DNA of 64,000 nt from Eremomyces bilateralis CBS 781.70 (lineage: Eukaryota), in assembly GCA_010015585.1 (NCBI GenBank), contig ML975187.1. One strand, 5' to 3'. Of this stretch, positions 63,098 to 64,000 are shown piece by piece. Numbering within the stretch: position 1 is the first letter of the stretch; every line of letters begins with the position of its first letter. The position numbers and the translations under genes are program-made. The notes under the pieces are model-generated. The model ran no database searches, was not told the origin of the DNA, and worked only from the letters and a program-made list of their open reading frames with translations.

Positions 63098-64000
63098 ATG
63101 GGAGGAGAGCTTAACGGACTGTGGGATGTTCCCACCAAGACAGTGTCATCTGGTATTGGTATGTCCGTGTGGAATGGACTGGCAGCCTTGCTTGTCACGA
63201 TACCGGTTGTAACCCTCACGATAAACACGATAAGACTTGGACATAGAGCATGGCCGCAGACGCGCGTCTTGAATTACGGGCTTATATGTCTGAGCCTGTA
63301 AGTCGAAAGCTCAACTCCTAGCACTGTGGGAAATATTTGAACCAGAGAATAATAATAACGCTCATCCAGATACCTCATTGTCCACTGGATTGACTCCATC
63401 ATCCACGTATCTCGAACGAAAGTGACGTACGGCTATATCCTCATTTCAACCTTCTTCAGCGTCCTCAAGATTATATCGGACGTGCTTGTCCTTTGCGGGA
63501 GTCTGAAGCTGCTCTTTCGACTCGAACACCTATCTCCTCGGTTTGGAATGGTAGAGTACAGAGGGTTAAACCGGCTCTTCCTCGCATTCCTCTTTCTTTC
63601 ATTTTATCATATCTGCCTCCTTTTTGCGCGTGATATCGCTTGGTTGTACGCTTCGGACCCTCAGGTCATACAACTACTCGCAACGGCTCGGAATGGGTTT
63701 GAAATCGCATATATGGCCATGCAGTTTTTGGGAGCAGTGATTGCGTTCTCTTGGGCTCGTGATCTTGATACGGTATCCATCAGCGGCTACTATCAGAGAT
63801 ATATAGTAAGCACAGACATCTGTTGTTATAGATCCTTGTTCTCGGAGGACTCGAAATGGCTGATTTCAGATTATAGCGGGAGGCACCTGTTTCATTACTC
63901 TGCCTTGTTGCGCGCTCTTTCTGTGAGATTGTCATCGTTGGTCAGCTAGACCGATGGCCGGCGCATTTGGCAACAATCTTCCGTGCCAGAGACGTTACGT
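63098..64000 (+). CDS. Polytopic membrane protein of unknown family, truncated by the window end
   Basis: Exon 1 MGGELNGLW...WNGLAALLVTIPVVTL...GLICLS, intron about 63298-63369, exon 2 with further hydrophobic segments, intron about 63806-63876; frame still open at 64000. Confidence 0.65.

Overview
Intron-rich genomic DNA from a filamentous ascomycete (Pezizomycotina; the class cannot be fixed from sequence alone). It has about 20 protein-coding genes and one 130-nt assembly gap. Positions 1-53 kb are mostly housekeeping genes: a SAM methyltransferase, a HAUS4-like protein, the MTG1 GTPase, a Gac1-type PP1 glycogen-targeting subunit next to a ~10-kb gene-free stretch, BolA, an AT-hook protein, a HAD phosphatase, an INO80F/Nhp10-N-like protein, CPA1/arg-2, an F-box protein, a TauD dioxygenase, Sec61-beta, an Flc/TRP-like channel and an IAH1-like esterase. 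CPA1 carries a three-exon arginine attenuator peptide uORF that the ORF track misses, and an intact Fot1/pogo-like transposon sits just upstream of it. At 53.3-56.4 kb is a mutation-decayed (RIP-like) Mutator element with a nested palindromic MITE and a solo LTR. The last 8 kb is an accessory-looking block: an HSPA12-type Hsp70 paired head-to-head with a coiled-coil protein whose C-terminus looks GrpE-like, flanked by two membrane-protein genes. This block is the best candidate for an undescribed system. All gene models were spliced by eye and family names come from remembered motifs; no searches were run.
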